From sequence record SRR31156797_1413: 64,000 nucleotides of DNA; one strand, given 5' to 3'. Under the pieces are notes generated by a model that was given only the letters and a program-made list of their open reading frames with translations, had not been told where the DNA came from and ran no database searches. Of the stretch, positions 1 to 9,521 are shown in pieces (positions within the stretch are counted from its first letter, which is position 1; each line of letters begins with the position of its first letter). A program made the position numbers and the translations under genes.

Positions 1-1938
1 ATTGTGGTGACTGGAACGAATGACGCGCCGATACTTTCCATTCAACCCGTTGATAATACATCGGGTCATTTAACAGAAACAGATGTCGACTCAAGTGATA
101 CACATCAATTCTCTGTTGTACAGTCTAGTGGTAGCTTTGGTGACCTAATAGTTAACTCTCAAACGGGAGAGTACGACTATGTACCGAGATCGTCAGTAGT
201 GGGAATGTCATATGATTCAACGACTAATACCTACAGTGGTTCTGATGTATTTGAAGTTCGCGTAACCGATAACCACGGAGCCGAATCCATCAAATACATT
301 ACATTTGATGTGCAATCGGCTCTCACACCTTCTAGCACAACAGCTTACCAGGTTCACAGTCATGTGATTGCTCCGCCGCAATTATCAGCAGTAAGTCCTA
401 ATGTTCATACTTCGTCATTACCATTGACGAATAACGTAACTTTGGATCTTGATATGACGAGTGATACCGGTGTGTCTGACCATGATCACCTAACTCACGA
501 TAATACACCAACCGTACATGGCACATCGGAGATCCCTTTCTCTGTTATTGAGATCCATGAAGGAAATTCATTGGTAGCTAAAGTTGTATCTGATTCTGCT
601 GGGCATTATCAGGTTGATTTGCCTCATATGGTGGACGCAGCGCACTCGTTATCTGCGATAGCCGTTTCTCCATCATCAATCTCTGGTACTTCTGCACCTT
701 TAGATTTGACTGTGGACACACAATCTGACGTGCATGTAAACCCAATTGCCGGAGATAACATCATTGATACTGTTGAACATGGGCACCTTTTAACCATAGA
801 TGGAACAGCAAATGGTATCGAAGATGGTCAAATTGTTACTGTCTCTATTGGGGGAAATAACCATCAAGCTGTAATTAGCAATGGTTTGTGGTCGGTAGAT
901 ATCGATGCCACTGAAGTACAATCTTTAAAAGGCGGCCTCCACGATGTGCTTGTCAGTTCAGAAGATCGAGCTGGTAATGCTGTCAGTTCAAATAACCCAC
1001 TTTTTGTTAGTGATTCCTCAACACCAGTGCCTTCAATGAATTTCCAAACGCCTCCTAAGCCTACGAGTGGAGGGGCTATTGGATCTCATATTTCAGGTAC
1101 GATATTGGTACCACCTCTATTGCAACAACTTAATCCGCCAGCATCTGGCTCGGGTGGGTGGGGTATAGATGATGGTCATGGTCATACTGTGACAAGTCTT
1201 CATGGGGCTTATGGAACGCTAACAATTGATCCTGCAACTGGACATGTTGATTACATTTACAACACTGCTCCGGTACAAGGTGCGAAAACATCTGGAGGGA
1301 CGCATGTTGCTGGGCAAACAACGACGGAAGAGCACCATGATATTTTTAAGGTTGTTTATCATGACGTTCATGCTTCCGATATAGATGTTAAAGTGGATTT
1401 AGATGTAACTTATATTCACGGACATAGCGGTCAGAATCAGATATCTACTCATCTCATGGATATGACTCTGACTCCTGCATCTATATCGCCAGCTCCACCG
1501 GTACAGCATGATGAGGCTTTACAAGAAGATGTAGTGGACGAGTTTACCGTTGATATTCTCGAAGATTCGAATGGAATGGCTGATAGTTCGGATATGAATG
1601 GTTTGGTTGATGGCGTAAATCATCAATCGGCTCACCAGATGAAGCCGATCGACCATTACTTAGACATGGTTGGAGTTCCAGATAGTCAAGTATCTACTAG
1701 TGACGATCAGTTTTCTGGATATAGCTTGCCAATAGTTGAAGATATTATCGATCACTCCCTGGATGATGTTTCTTCTCACTCGGCTGGCGAATCTGCCCAT
1801 GACCCATTGCTCGATAGTATAGATGACCATCATCACGATAGGAATCTACCGGACGAACTCGATGATCATCAATCAGATACTTCACAAAGTGACGATTTGT
1901 TGCACCAAGGGATTAACGACATGCATAACCATATATAA
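1..1938 (+). CDS. 3' part of a large secreted adhesin-like protein (VCBS/cadherin-like and bacterial Ig-like repeats); 5'-truncated by the window
   Basis: Frame is open from base 1. VCBS-type motifs (VTGTNDAP, GSFGDLIVNSQTGEYDY, DVFEVRVTD; GAYGTLTID), Bap/Ig-like motifs (SDTGVSDHDHLTHDNTPT, DRAGN), Asp/His-rich tail. Confidence 0.75.
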   Translation: MVVTGTNDAPILSIQPVDNTSGHLTETDVDSSDTHQFSVVQSSGSFGDLIVNSQTGEYDYVPRSSVVGMSYDSTTNTYSGSDVFEVRVTDNHGAESIKYITFDVQSALTPSSTTAYQVHSHVIAPPQLSAVSPNVHTSSLPLTNNVTLDLDMTSDTGVSDHDHLTHDNTPTVHGTSEIPFSVIEIHEGNSLVAKVVSDSAGHYQVDLPHMVDAAHSLSAIAVSPSSISGTSAPLDLTVDTQSDVHVNPIAGDNIIDTVEHGHLLTIDGTANGIEDGQIVTVSIGGNNHQAVISNGLWSVDIDATEVQSLKGGLHDVLVSSEDRAGNAVSSNNPLFVSDSSTPVPSMNFQTPPKPTSGGAIGSHISGTILVPPLLQQLNPPASGSGGWGIDDGHGHTVTSLHGAYGTLTIDPATGHVDYIYNTAPVQGAKTSGGTHVAGQTTTEEHHDIFKVVYHDVHASDIDVKVDLDVTYIHGHSGQNQISTHLMDMTLTPASISPAPPVQHDEALQEDVVDEFTVDILEDSNGMADSSDMNGLVDGVNHQSAHQMKPIDHYLDMVGVPDSQVSTSDDQFSGYSLPIVEDIIDHSLDDVSSHSAGESAHDPLLDSIDDHHHDRNLPDELDDHQSDTSQSDDLLHQGINDMHNHI

Positions 1939-2245
1939 GTGCTGAAATCGAAATTTGAGTCGTTCTCAAATTGGGCAAGGATATTTTGAACGACTCGAGG
2001 TTGCTCTTCAATAAAACAGAATTCTGTAGGCTGACCCGATGATATGCGGTTATGTCCTCATTAACTTTTAAAGTAGTAGGCACAATACGTTCCCGCGACC
2101 AAGCGTTAACTTGCCTGCATTCAATAACTCAGTTGTACATGCTGACTAAAGAGCAGTGCTAGTAATGCCCAAGATAATTGCGATCACAGTGACCCAATTA
2201 ATCTGTGTAACTACGTTCAATGCTTCGAATCTTTAAAAAGCAAGT

Positions 2246-4186
2246 CTACTCAAACTCGGTGAAGTACTGGCTTGCGTTAACAATGACGTTTTGACCTAGC
2301 TTTTTTGATTGGTTTAATGCTCTATCTAATATTGGGTAGAGCTGATTGAAATCATTCATTTCACTCGCGATACTTAGATAACTTACACTGATGGATGTGC
2401 AAACGGATGTGTGGTTGTTCGCTTGATGTGGTATCAGCGTGAGTGCTCGATGGATGTGCTCAACGTTATATTGGATCTCAAAAGGGTCGATATTGTTGAT
2501 CACCACCGCAAATTTTCCTCCGCCTAATCTACCCCAAAAGCCACTATTGTCGAGAGATTCTTCCATAGCGTTAGACGTATTTTTCAGTACTTTATTACCG
2601 ATCTCGTAGCCATATTTATCATTAATTGATTTTAAGTTATCAATATCAAACAACATGATTAGGTTTTTGTATTCTTTGTTATGAGAGTGGCTCTGACTCT
2701 TTAGTCTTTCTATAAACGCGGGCCTATGCAGGGCACTGGTTAAACAGTCCACTCCCACATAGTTCTTTAGCTTGTAATATTTACGCAATAAAACAGAAAG
2801 AACTGAAAAAAATATCCCTAGAGTAGTAAACAACAAGTATTTTTGAATACGAAGTCGATTAACTTGTGTATTAAGTTCTTCGTTCTCATGTACTAAATTT
2901 GAACGGATAAGTTTTTGTTCCAGCTGTTGCTTTGATAGGTCCAAAGCTTCGAATGCTTTTCGGTGTTCAGAGCTTCTTATTTCAATTTCGTTATCAACAT
3001 AACTGCGATAATAGTAAATAGCTTGCTGGTAATTCTGAGAGCGATCCGAAACGATAGCAAGTTGTCTCAAAGCCAGTGTTGAGGTTTTTAAGTTTTGTGT
3101 TTGGTCGGCGAGTGTTTTTGCTTTCATCGCATAATAATGCGCTTGCTTATAATATTTTTTAGCTAAATAAGAGCCAGATAATGCGAGATAGACTTCGACT
3201 TTCAGAGCCATGTTGTTATGTTCGGTGGCATAGTCAAGTGACTTGAGTAAGTAGTTTATTCCGTAGTGAAATTCTCCAAGCTCAGTGTATGAACGCCCTA
3301 ATCCTAAGTGGGCATAGGCTAGGGCTTTAATGTTTCCTTCATCACTTAGAATAAGCCTAGCTTTGCTAAAGTGGATAATACTTTCGTTGAAGTCTTGCAT
3401 GTGAAAATAAACATCGCCGAGACTATGCTCGATTTTAGCAACGCCTAAACGAGCGTTGTTTTCTACCTGCAATGTTAGAGCACGGTATAAGTATTCAAGC
3501 GCTTTTTCATACTGACCGATGGTGCAAAGCAGCAACCCAATATCGTTGTATATAATGGAAGGATCTTCACTATCTGGCAGCTGATCAATCGCCCTCTTAT
3601 AATTATGTAAAGCAGCTTGATAATTGCCAATAAACTCCTGATTTTTCGCTATAACTGTCCAAGCGCGATAACTGGCAACAAGCGGGTTTTGTTCAGAAAT
3701 TAAACGCTGACTCAGTTGTTCACAATAAAATTGACTCTTAAAATATTGCCCTTTTTGGTTGTAAAGTCGGCATAATTGATATTCGAACAGTAGCTCACCA
3801 TCATTATCGGCTTCCGTTTTCATCTGCTGGTATAAATTTAAGTAGCCTTGCTCCGCAATATCATACTCACGCTGTTGTTCAGCAATTAAACTATTAACAA
3901 ATTCACTTTCTATCTGTTGGTAATCTGAATGAATAGCGCTTTGACTAGAATAATAGCGCTTATTTTTTTGCGCCATAAAGTCGTAAATTAAGCTAGCAAT
4001 ATAGAGCTTTTCTGCACCGGCCGGGAGGGCGGCGTATCTTTCCCTCATTAATACTAATGCTGAGCTTGGGGCTCGTTGTTTGGTTTTACTCAGTACCGAT
4101 TCCCATTCTGAACGTTCGCTGGCTTGGCAAAGTAGGCTGGTTAATAGAATGGGTAGTACAAAAATAAAATAACAAAGTGCACGCAT
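2246..4186 (-). CDS. TPR-repeat sensor with a TM segment and a C-terminal degenerate GGDEF domain
   Basis: N-terminal signal-like segment; TPR-like repeats (YNDIGLL..IGQYEKALEYL); TM YLLFTTLGIFFSVLSVLL; D.LT...R and FDIDNLKSINDKYG motifs; A-site reads GGGKF. Confidence 0.8.
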   Translation of the reverse strand: MRALCYFIFVLPILLTSLLCQASERSEWESVLSKTKQRAPSSALVLMRERYAALPAGAEKLYIASLIYDFMAQKNKRYYSSQSAIHSDYQQIESEFVNSLIAEQQREYDIAEQGYLNLYQQMKTEADNDGELLFEYQLCRLYNQKGQYFKSQFYCEQLSQRLISEQNPLVASYRAWTVIAKNQEFIGNYQAALHNYKRAIDQLPDSEDPSIIYNDIGLLLCTIGQYEKALEYLYRALTLQVENNARLGVAKIEHSLGDVYFHMQDFNESIIHFSKARLILSDEGNIKALAYAHLGLGRSYTELGEFHYGINYLLKSLDYATEHNNMALKVEVYLALSGSYLAKKYYKQAHYYAMKAKTLADQTQNLKTSTLALRQLAIVSDRSQNYQQAIYYYRSYVDNEIEIRSSEHRKAFEALDLSKQQLEQKLIRSNLVHENEELNTQVNRLRIQKYLLFTTLGIFFSVLSVLLRKYYKLKNYVGVDCLTSALHRPAFIERLKSQSHSHNKEYKNLIMLFDIDNLKSINDKYGYEIGNKVLKNTSNAMEESLDNSGFWGRLGGGKFAVVINNIDPFEIQYNVEHIHRALTLIPHQANNHTSVCTSISVSYLSIASEMNDFNQLYPILDRALNQSKKLGQNVIVNASQYFTEFE

Positions 4187-4477
4187 AATAAGATGGGAAA
4201 CAGAACAACAATCGAGAAGTATAAGCAGACAATAAAGTATTCCTATCTGTTTACTTTGTTTTTCGAAAAAAGTGCGAGTCTCTTCTAATATATATTTGTG
4301 AGTAGTAGTTGTGCCTTGAAATATAATCAGCAGATATAAAACTCAAATCTATTGGATCAACTCAAGGATCTTTTATTGTAAATTAGTGGCTTAGGTAACG
4401 GTTTTTCTCAATACGAATTGCTACTTTGACGATAGGTAACCAAACCGCTACGGTGTTGTGTAGCTGGGAGTGTACTT

Positions 4478-5257
4478 ATGAATACGAAAGAAATCATGGC
4501 CTTATACAATCGGCATGAACGTATGCATATCGATATTCCAGGCTGGGTAACACATACCGAACCATCACTCATCAAATCTGTCTCCCCAGATCCAGATGGT
4601 AGTTTTGTCTCTTACTTCCAATTTAACGCTCACAGAGCGAATCAAGTTATTAACCAGCAGGTATCTTTCTTTTCTCGTTCCCAAAAAAATTTCGAGTGGA
4701 AAGTGTACGACACGGATAAACCACAGAGTATTTGTCGATCTTTGCTTAACCATGGCTTTTATGAGGAAGAAGAAGAGTCATTTATGGTACTAGACCTTCA
4801 TCAATTCACTGCAATTCCAGAACAGCAAAAGCAGTGTATTGAAGCGAGGAGTGCAAAAAGTATACGATCTGCGATTTTGGTCAAGCAGGCTCAGTTGCAA
4901 GATGATTGCGATGGCTACTATCGACATCTGGTTAACTTGAAGCAAAAGCGACCAGAAAGCATCAAGATTTATGTCATTTACCAAGACGGTGAGCCAGTAT
5001 CTTCAGCATGGATTACATTTAACAGCCCATCGAGCCCATTTGCTGGCATTTGGGGGGGAAGTACAATTGCAGAGTTTCGGGGGCGTGGTTATTACCAGTT
5101 GCTATTGAAACAAAGAATAAGGGATGCATTGTTGGCTGGTAAGCGGTTTTTAATCATTGATGCTTCAGAAATGAGTAAACCCATTGTAGAAAAGTATGGT
5201 TTTAGGGTGGTAACTAAAACAACGCCATACATGTTTAACCATGAATATTTCAATTAA
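4478..5257 (+). CDS. GNAT family N-acetyltransferase
   Basis: Acetyl-CoA-binding motif TIAEFRGRGYYQLL and C-terminal EKYGF. Confidence 0.8.
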   Translation: MNTKEIMALYNRHERMHIDIPGWVTHTEPSLIKSVSPDPDGSFVSYFQFNAHRANQVINQQVSFFSRSQKNFEWKVYDTDKPQSICRSLLNHGFYEEEEESFMVLDLHQFTAIPEQQKQCIEARSAKSIRSAILVKQAQLQDDCDGYYRHLVNLKQKRPESIKIYVIYQDGEPVSSAWITFNSPSSPFAGIWGGSTIAEFRGRGYYQLLLKQRIRDALLAGKRFLIIDASEMSKPIVEKYGFRVVTKTTPYMFNHEYFN

Positions 5258-5312
5258 TAACAGAGTGTTACGATATCTTTAGCAAACAGAGTGAAGGAGA
5301 AGTGAAAACAAA

Positions 5313-5328
5313 CTGTATAAATAAACAG
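5313..5328. promoter_or_regulatory. LexA (SOS) box 1
   Basis: CTGTATAAATAAACAG = CTGT-N8-ACAG with an AT-rich core. Confidence 0.85.
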
Positions 5329-5336
5329 TAATGCTG

Positions 5337-5364
5337 TTGACAATTGTATGACTGAAACTACACT
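5337..5364 (+). promoter_or_regulatory. sigma70 promoter of the small SOS gene
   Basis: TTGACA (5337-5342), 16-nt spacer, TACACT (5359-5364) overlapping LexA box 2. Confidence 0.7.
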
Positions 5365-5378
5365 GTATATATAAACAG
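5363..5378. promoter_or_regulatory. LexA (SOS) box 2
   Basis: CTGTATATATAAACAG, one mismatch from the ideal CTGTATATATATACAG. Confidence 0.9.
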
Positions 5379-5395
5379 TGATGGAGGAGGTATCT

Positions 5396-5623
5396 ATGTT
5401 GTTAGAAAAATTAGAACGCATTAACCGCCTACGCCAAGAGGCGATGTCTAACCCTGAATTTATACAAATAGCGAAAGAACACGAAGACACCATTAAACAC
5501 GTTGAACAAGAGTTTGAACCAAAGCGATTCAGACGACGTAAAACTAAAGCTAGCGAAAAGTCGCTTGCCGATATTTATAAACAATCTGATTTTGGATCGA
5601 ATCCATCAGGTATCCAACATTAA
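5396..5623 (+). CDS. Small (75 aa) charged hypothetical protein, predicted SOS-inducible
   Basis: GGAGGAGG SD just before ATG 5396 (the ORF-track start at 5378 lies in the LexA box); terminator follows. Confidence 0.8.
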   Translation: MLLEKLERINRLRQEAMSNPEFIQIAKEHEDTIKHVEQEFEPKRFRRRKTKASEKSLADIYKQSDFGSNPSGIQH

Positions 5624-5645
5624 ATCTTATCTAATCAAATATAAA

Positions 5646-5674
5646 AAGGCTCAAACCATTGATTGGTTTGAGCC
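5646..5674. terminator. Bidirectional hairpin terminator between convergent genes
   Basis: AAGGCTCAAACCA-TTGAT-TGGTTTGAGCCTT. Confidence 0.7.
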
Positions 5675-5712
5675 TTATAGATCTCTACAACTTACTTCGA
5701 TAGGGTTCAGCG

Positions 5713-6261
5713 TTAAAAGTCTGATTTTTTTACGAAGTAAGGATTGGAATACTTTTTCGCTGGTCCAAATTGCTGTACGACAAGCTTGTTCCACAAGGTT
5801 TTATCAAAAGACGCTTTAGGAATGGAAGGGTATAGTGTTTCTACCTCTTCCCATGCATGAACCATTAACTCTTTCTTTTTGATTTTGTTGTACTTTCTAA
5901 CAATATCGTTGTATTTGCGCATCCATTCAATCTTAAATTGACGCAGAGCCGGTTCAGCTTGTTCAAGCGGTACGCGTGATAAGTAAACTCGCTTGTAAGA
6001 TATTTTTTTATCAATCATAGTTAACATCGTTGTTTGGATATATTTACCATGGTGAGTAATAGAAATATCGTCTTCAGAAAAGGGGGTTAGACACCAACCT
6101 CTTGGTAAGAAGCTCTGTTTCTGAAATTGTTTGTTACGCACAGTCAGTGCGTCATGCAATACTAAATCTGAAGTACCACGGAACGTCGCTTGCCACTTGG
6201 CAATACGAACTTGGATAGATCCCGGTAAACGATAAACGTTAGTAAACTTATCTTGATTCAT
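5713..6261 (-). CDS. Hypothetical basic protein (182 aa)
   Basis: Clean ORF with a 370-bp AT-rich upstream region; Lys/Arg-rich. Confidence 0.7.
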   Translation of the reverse strand: MNQDKFTNVYRLPGSIQVRIAKWQATFRGTSDLVLHDALTVRNKQFQKQSFLPRGWCLTPFSEDDISITHHGKYIQTTMLTMIDKKISYKRVYLSRVPLEQAEPALRQFKIEWMRKYNDIVRKYNKIKKKELMVHAWEEVETLYPSIPKASFDKTLWNKLVVQQFGPAKKYSNPYFVKKSDF

Positions 6262-6558
6262 TGGCTTTCACGATCTTTAAATAATGCAGTCAGAATGTGT
6301 TAATACGAAAGTTATTGCCATTTCGAACAAAGTGCATCTAAAACGATGGACACATTTGGTGATACAGACATTGGATATATCAAAAATTTATATTTATTAG
6401 CCTTAAAGTGATTTGATGCTAGCACTTTAAGTACGCAGCTCACTAATTATAATGTTTTTTATCTATAAAGTGAGGGCGCACATTCTACAACGGTTTGTCA
6501 GTCAATTGCGAGAGTAAAAAAGCGCATTTTTTCATCTAATTTAAATATAATACATATT

Positions 6559-6592
6559 AAACATAAGCCAAAAAGAGTTTTGGCTTATGTTT
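6559..6592 (-). terminator. Hairpin at the end of the Hsp70 operon
   Basis: AAACATAAGCCAAAA / TTTTGGCTTATGTTT 15-bp stem. Confidence 0.65.
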
Positions 6593-6633
6593 TGACTTAT
6601 ATTTACCAGCAAACTTAACGTTCAACACCTCAA

Positions 6634-9447
6634 TTAGTGTGAAATTAATATCAAACCGTGCGGCAGTGCATCACCAAAAATGCGTTTTGACTCGTTGTCA
6701 CTTAATTCGCTGACTTGTTCCACAAGTGTCACCCATGTCTCTGGAACTTTACTTTGTTTGAGTTTTTGCAGAACTTGTTCCCTGTAGTGTTCACTAATAT
6801 CTAATGTACGGTCGCCGGTTTTACGGCAGATCATAACGGCAGCAAAGGCTATCATGGGTTCCTTTTGCCAGTTCTTGTCCAACAGCTTAGGTAACCATTG
6901 TTCGGCTTGCTCTCGCGTTACGACATTGTGTGCGCTACCGTAAAGTGGTGTGCGAGATAGTAAACGGCCAACAGCCCACCAATGCGCTTGTTCAAACTGA
7001 GATTGATTGATGGCTTTGTTAAGGAACCAAGTGGCAAGCAGAACTTTATCTTCCACTTCCAAATGCTCAAGTGACGCCGCCAAACGTACCATGGCTTCAT
7101 AGCCTTTATCTTGTGCTTCTTTCTGCGACTTAGGGTTTCGCGCCGCACCCGGATGCAAATATTTGGCAACATCAGCTAAAAGGGTCTCTTGCTGTTCTTG
7201 GTTTAATCCGCCAGCGATGCGGCGCCAAAATACCCACCAGTCGCTCCAGCCCTGATGGTTCTGAAACTGAATCCCTTGCTGGTATAAGCCCCAGATCTGC
7301 TCAATACGCCAGCCATCGGTGGCATCTCCGAAACCTGGACGAAGGGCAAAACCTGCCAAGCGTAACCAGTTCTTTTCATGTTGTTCAGAGCGGCGGCGAC
7401 GCTTTCTACCCAGAGCAAAAGTATCAAACAAAGAACGCAACACCGAGAAGTCCCATTCCTCGCGTTTACCGAGTAGTTTTTCTAAATCTTTGCTTAATGT
7501 TTTTACGGCTTTGCTGTCAGCACTGTTTTTATTACCACTATAGATTTGAGTGACGAGTGTTTTGGCTTGTTCTAGCTTGGGGTTTGGTTTTGTCTCTTGC
7601 TCGGCATGAGATTGGTTGCTATTGCGAACTTCGAACTCCATCAACCAACGTTTGTTTTCGTCTTGAGTTGAGACGCACTCCATTTTTACTGTACCCACTT
7701 CAGTGAGTTGGCAAGCGAGTAGCACTTCTTCACGCTGTTTTTGGTTTGCCTGTAACTCTATATTTTCGTCACCCTGTAACGTGGTGATGTAGGGAGGGAG
7801 AGGTTGGAACTTGTCGGCATCAATATCGACTAACACACCATTTTGAATCGCGGTGTCGTGAGCGATTTGATCGTGCGTGGAAGTGAGTAGATTAAACCGA
7901 ACAGGCATACCCAAGGTTAAAGAAAAGCGACGGCTGCTCAAACGAATTTCCTGACCTTCCTCGGTGCCTTTCGCTAACAGACAAAGAGCTTTACCCATGC
8001 TGTTTTTTTCTTGTAGATGCAGGAAATAGGAGCGGGCAGAGCCACCACCGATCTTAAGCTGTGCACCTCGACGAGCTTTTGCGAAAGCAACAGCCCCCAA
8101 CGCGACAGACCAGTCTGGATGTGGGTTATCTAGTTGAGTCACCTCATCACCACGCCAGTGACCAAGTAGGTTCATCATGCGCTGAGTGATTAAATTACTA
8201 TTAAACGCACCACCATTAAGAAGCAGACCAACAGGGATGGATGGTGAGTCGGAACCCGTTTCGTTGAGTGCTGCTTTTGACACTTGTTGGTGTTGAGTTA
8301 AAAATTCCGCAACATGTTTACTGACGGCGGGATCTGCCACATAGGGCAGGCCAAACTCCATGACAGCGCTACGGCGTTTGTTTGGCAGCTCAGTAAACTC
8401 AGAAATAGGGAAGAAACCATCTAACGCGATTTGGTGAACTTCTTGCTTGGTTAAGCTAACGCTCTTAGTTCCGCCCAACAATTTGGATCCACTGCCCAGC
8501 ATGGTGATTTTAACGGTGTCAGGCGCTTCACTTGAAAGCAGGTTTTCTTTCGCTTGTCTGGTTTGTTGAATCAGTTTGGTTAGTCCAGCAGCGGTAAGCT
8601 TTTTACTTTGGTTAAATCGGCTTTCTGCTAAGTGTGCCAGAGCCAAGTCTAGGTTATCACCACCCAGCATCAGGTGTTCACCAACACCAATACGGTTCAG
8701 GGCAAGGTTTCCTTGTTCAAACTTTGCTTCAATTAAGCTTAAATCGGTTGTCCCACCACCAACATCACAAACCAAAATAAGGGGCAGTTGAGTTAACTGT
8801 TCATTGGCGGTCTCTTTATGACGCGCATACCAGTCGTAACAGACGGCCTGAGGTTCTTCTAACAGAACGATTTTGTTTAATCCAGCGAGTTTTGCTGCTT
8901 CTAAAGTAAGGTTACGCGCAGTTTCATCGAATGATGCAGGTACGGTAACAACGACTTCTTGAGCTTCCAGTGGATTACTTGGATGGCGATAATTCCATGC
9001 CTGACGAATGTGGTTTAAGTAACTGGCACTGGCAACAACCGGAGATACTTTTTCTACCTCAGGTGCTCCAGCCCAAGGCAATATGGCTTCAGAACGATCG
9101 ACATTTGGGTGCGAAAGCCAACTTTTCGCACTGGAGACTTGTCGACCTTCGACCTTTGCGCCTAAATCACGCGCCCATTGACCAATAATGGCAAGTTTAG
9201 TATCGCCAGCAACGGGTTTGTTTTCCCATGGGAGAGTTAAATCGCTTGCTGCAATTTGTCCTGGAGCTGGGTGGTAACGAAAAGAAGGAAGCAGCGGTTT
9301 ACGAACAACTTCTCCGGGACCAATCAGCTGGTCAATGGGGAAGAGTTCTACAGCGGCATTTTCGAGATCATCCGTTAATTCACAAAATGCGACTACCGTG
9401 TTGGTAGTACCTAAATCGATCCCGACAAGAAAACGCGGTGCAGCCAT
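6634..9447 (-). CDS. DnaK-related Hsp70-family protein with a long C-terminal extension (DUF3731-like)
   Basis: GIDLGTTN, TVPASFD, LLEEPQA, DVGGGTTDLSL and LGGDNLD ATPase motifs; about 320-aa Trp-rich C-terminal domain (RPGFG...W). Confidence 0.88.
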   Translation of the reverse strand: MAAPRFLVGIDLGTTNTVVAFCELTDDLENAAVELFPIDQLIGPGEVVRKPLLPSFRYHPAPGQIAASDLTLPWENKPVAGDTKLAIIGQWARDLGAKVEGRQVSSAKSWLSHPNVDRSEAILPWAGAPEVEKVSPVVASASYLNHIRQAWNYRHPSNPLEAQEVVVTVPASFDETARNLTLEAAKLAGLNKIVLLEEPQAVCYDWYARHKETANEQLTQLPLILVCDVGGGTTDLSLIEAKFEQGNLALNRIGVGEHLMLGGDNLDLALAHLAESRFNQSKKLTAAGLTKLIQQTRQAKENLLSSEAPDTVKITMLGSGSKLLGGTKSVSLTKQEVHQIALDGFFPISEFTELPNKRRSAVMEFGLPYVADPAVSKHVAEFLTQHQQVSKAALNETGSDSPSIPVGLLLNGGAFNSNLITQRMMNLLGHWRGDEVTQLDNPHPDWSVALGAVAFAKARRGAQLKIGGGSARSYFLHLQEKNSMGKALCLLAKGTEEGQEIRLSSRRFSLTLGMPVRFNLLTSTHDQIAHDTAIQNGVLVDIDADKFQPLPPYITTLQGDENIELQANQKQREEVLLACQLTEVGTVKMECVSTQDENKRWLMEFEVRNSNQSHAEQETKPNPKLEQAKTLVTQIYSGNKNSADSKAVKTLSKDLEKLLGKREEWDFSVLRSLFDTFALGRKRRRRSEQHEKNWLRLAGFALRPGFGDATDGWRIEQIWGLYQQGIQFQNHQGWSDWWVFWRRIAGGLNQEQQETLLADVAKYLHPGAARNPKSQKEAQDKGYEAMVRLAASLEHLEVEDKVLLATWFLNKAINQSQFEQAHWWAVGRLLSRTPLYGSAHNVVTREQAEQWLPKLLDKNWQKEPMIAFAAVMICRKTGDRTLDISEHYREQVLQKLKQSKVPETWVTLVEQVSELSDNESKRIFGDALPHGLILISH

Positions 9448-9521
9448 AATGATAGAAACCTCGTTAGATTATAGATAGATAAATAAACGGCATCACTAAG
9501 GATGCCGTTTTATCATTAATT

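Noticed and set aside
2146-2232. Short hydrophobic minus-strand frame (…LNVVTQINWVTVIAIILGITSTAL)
   Set aside because: Only a TTG start, no SD and about 24 codons; cannot be told from chance
5254-5819. ORFs 5254-5493 (-) and 5502-5819 (+)
   Set aside because: They overlap the SOS gene, its promoter or terminator, or the convergent gene, and have no SD or recognisable product
6539-6568. Weak resemblance to a dif site (ATTTAAATATAATACATATT...)
   Set aside because: The XerD arm is imperfect and there is no XerC arm; the sequence is simply AT-rich
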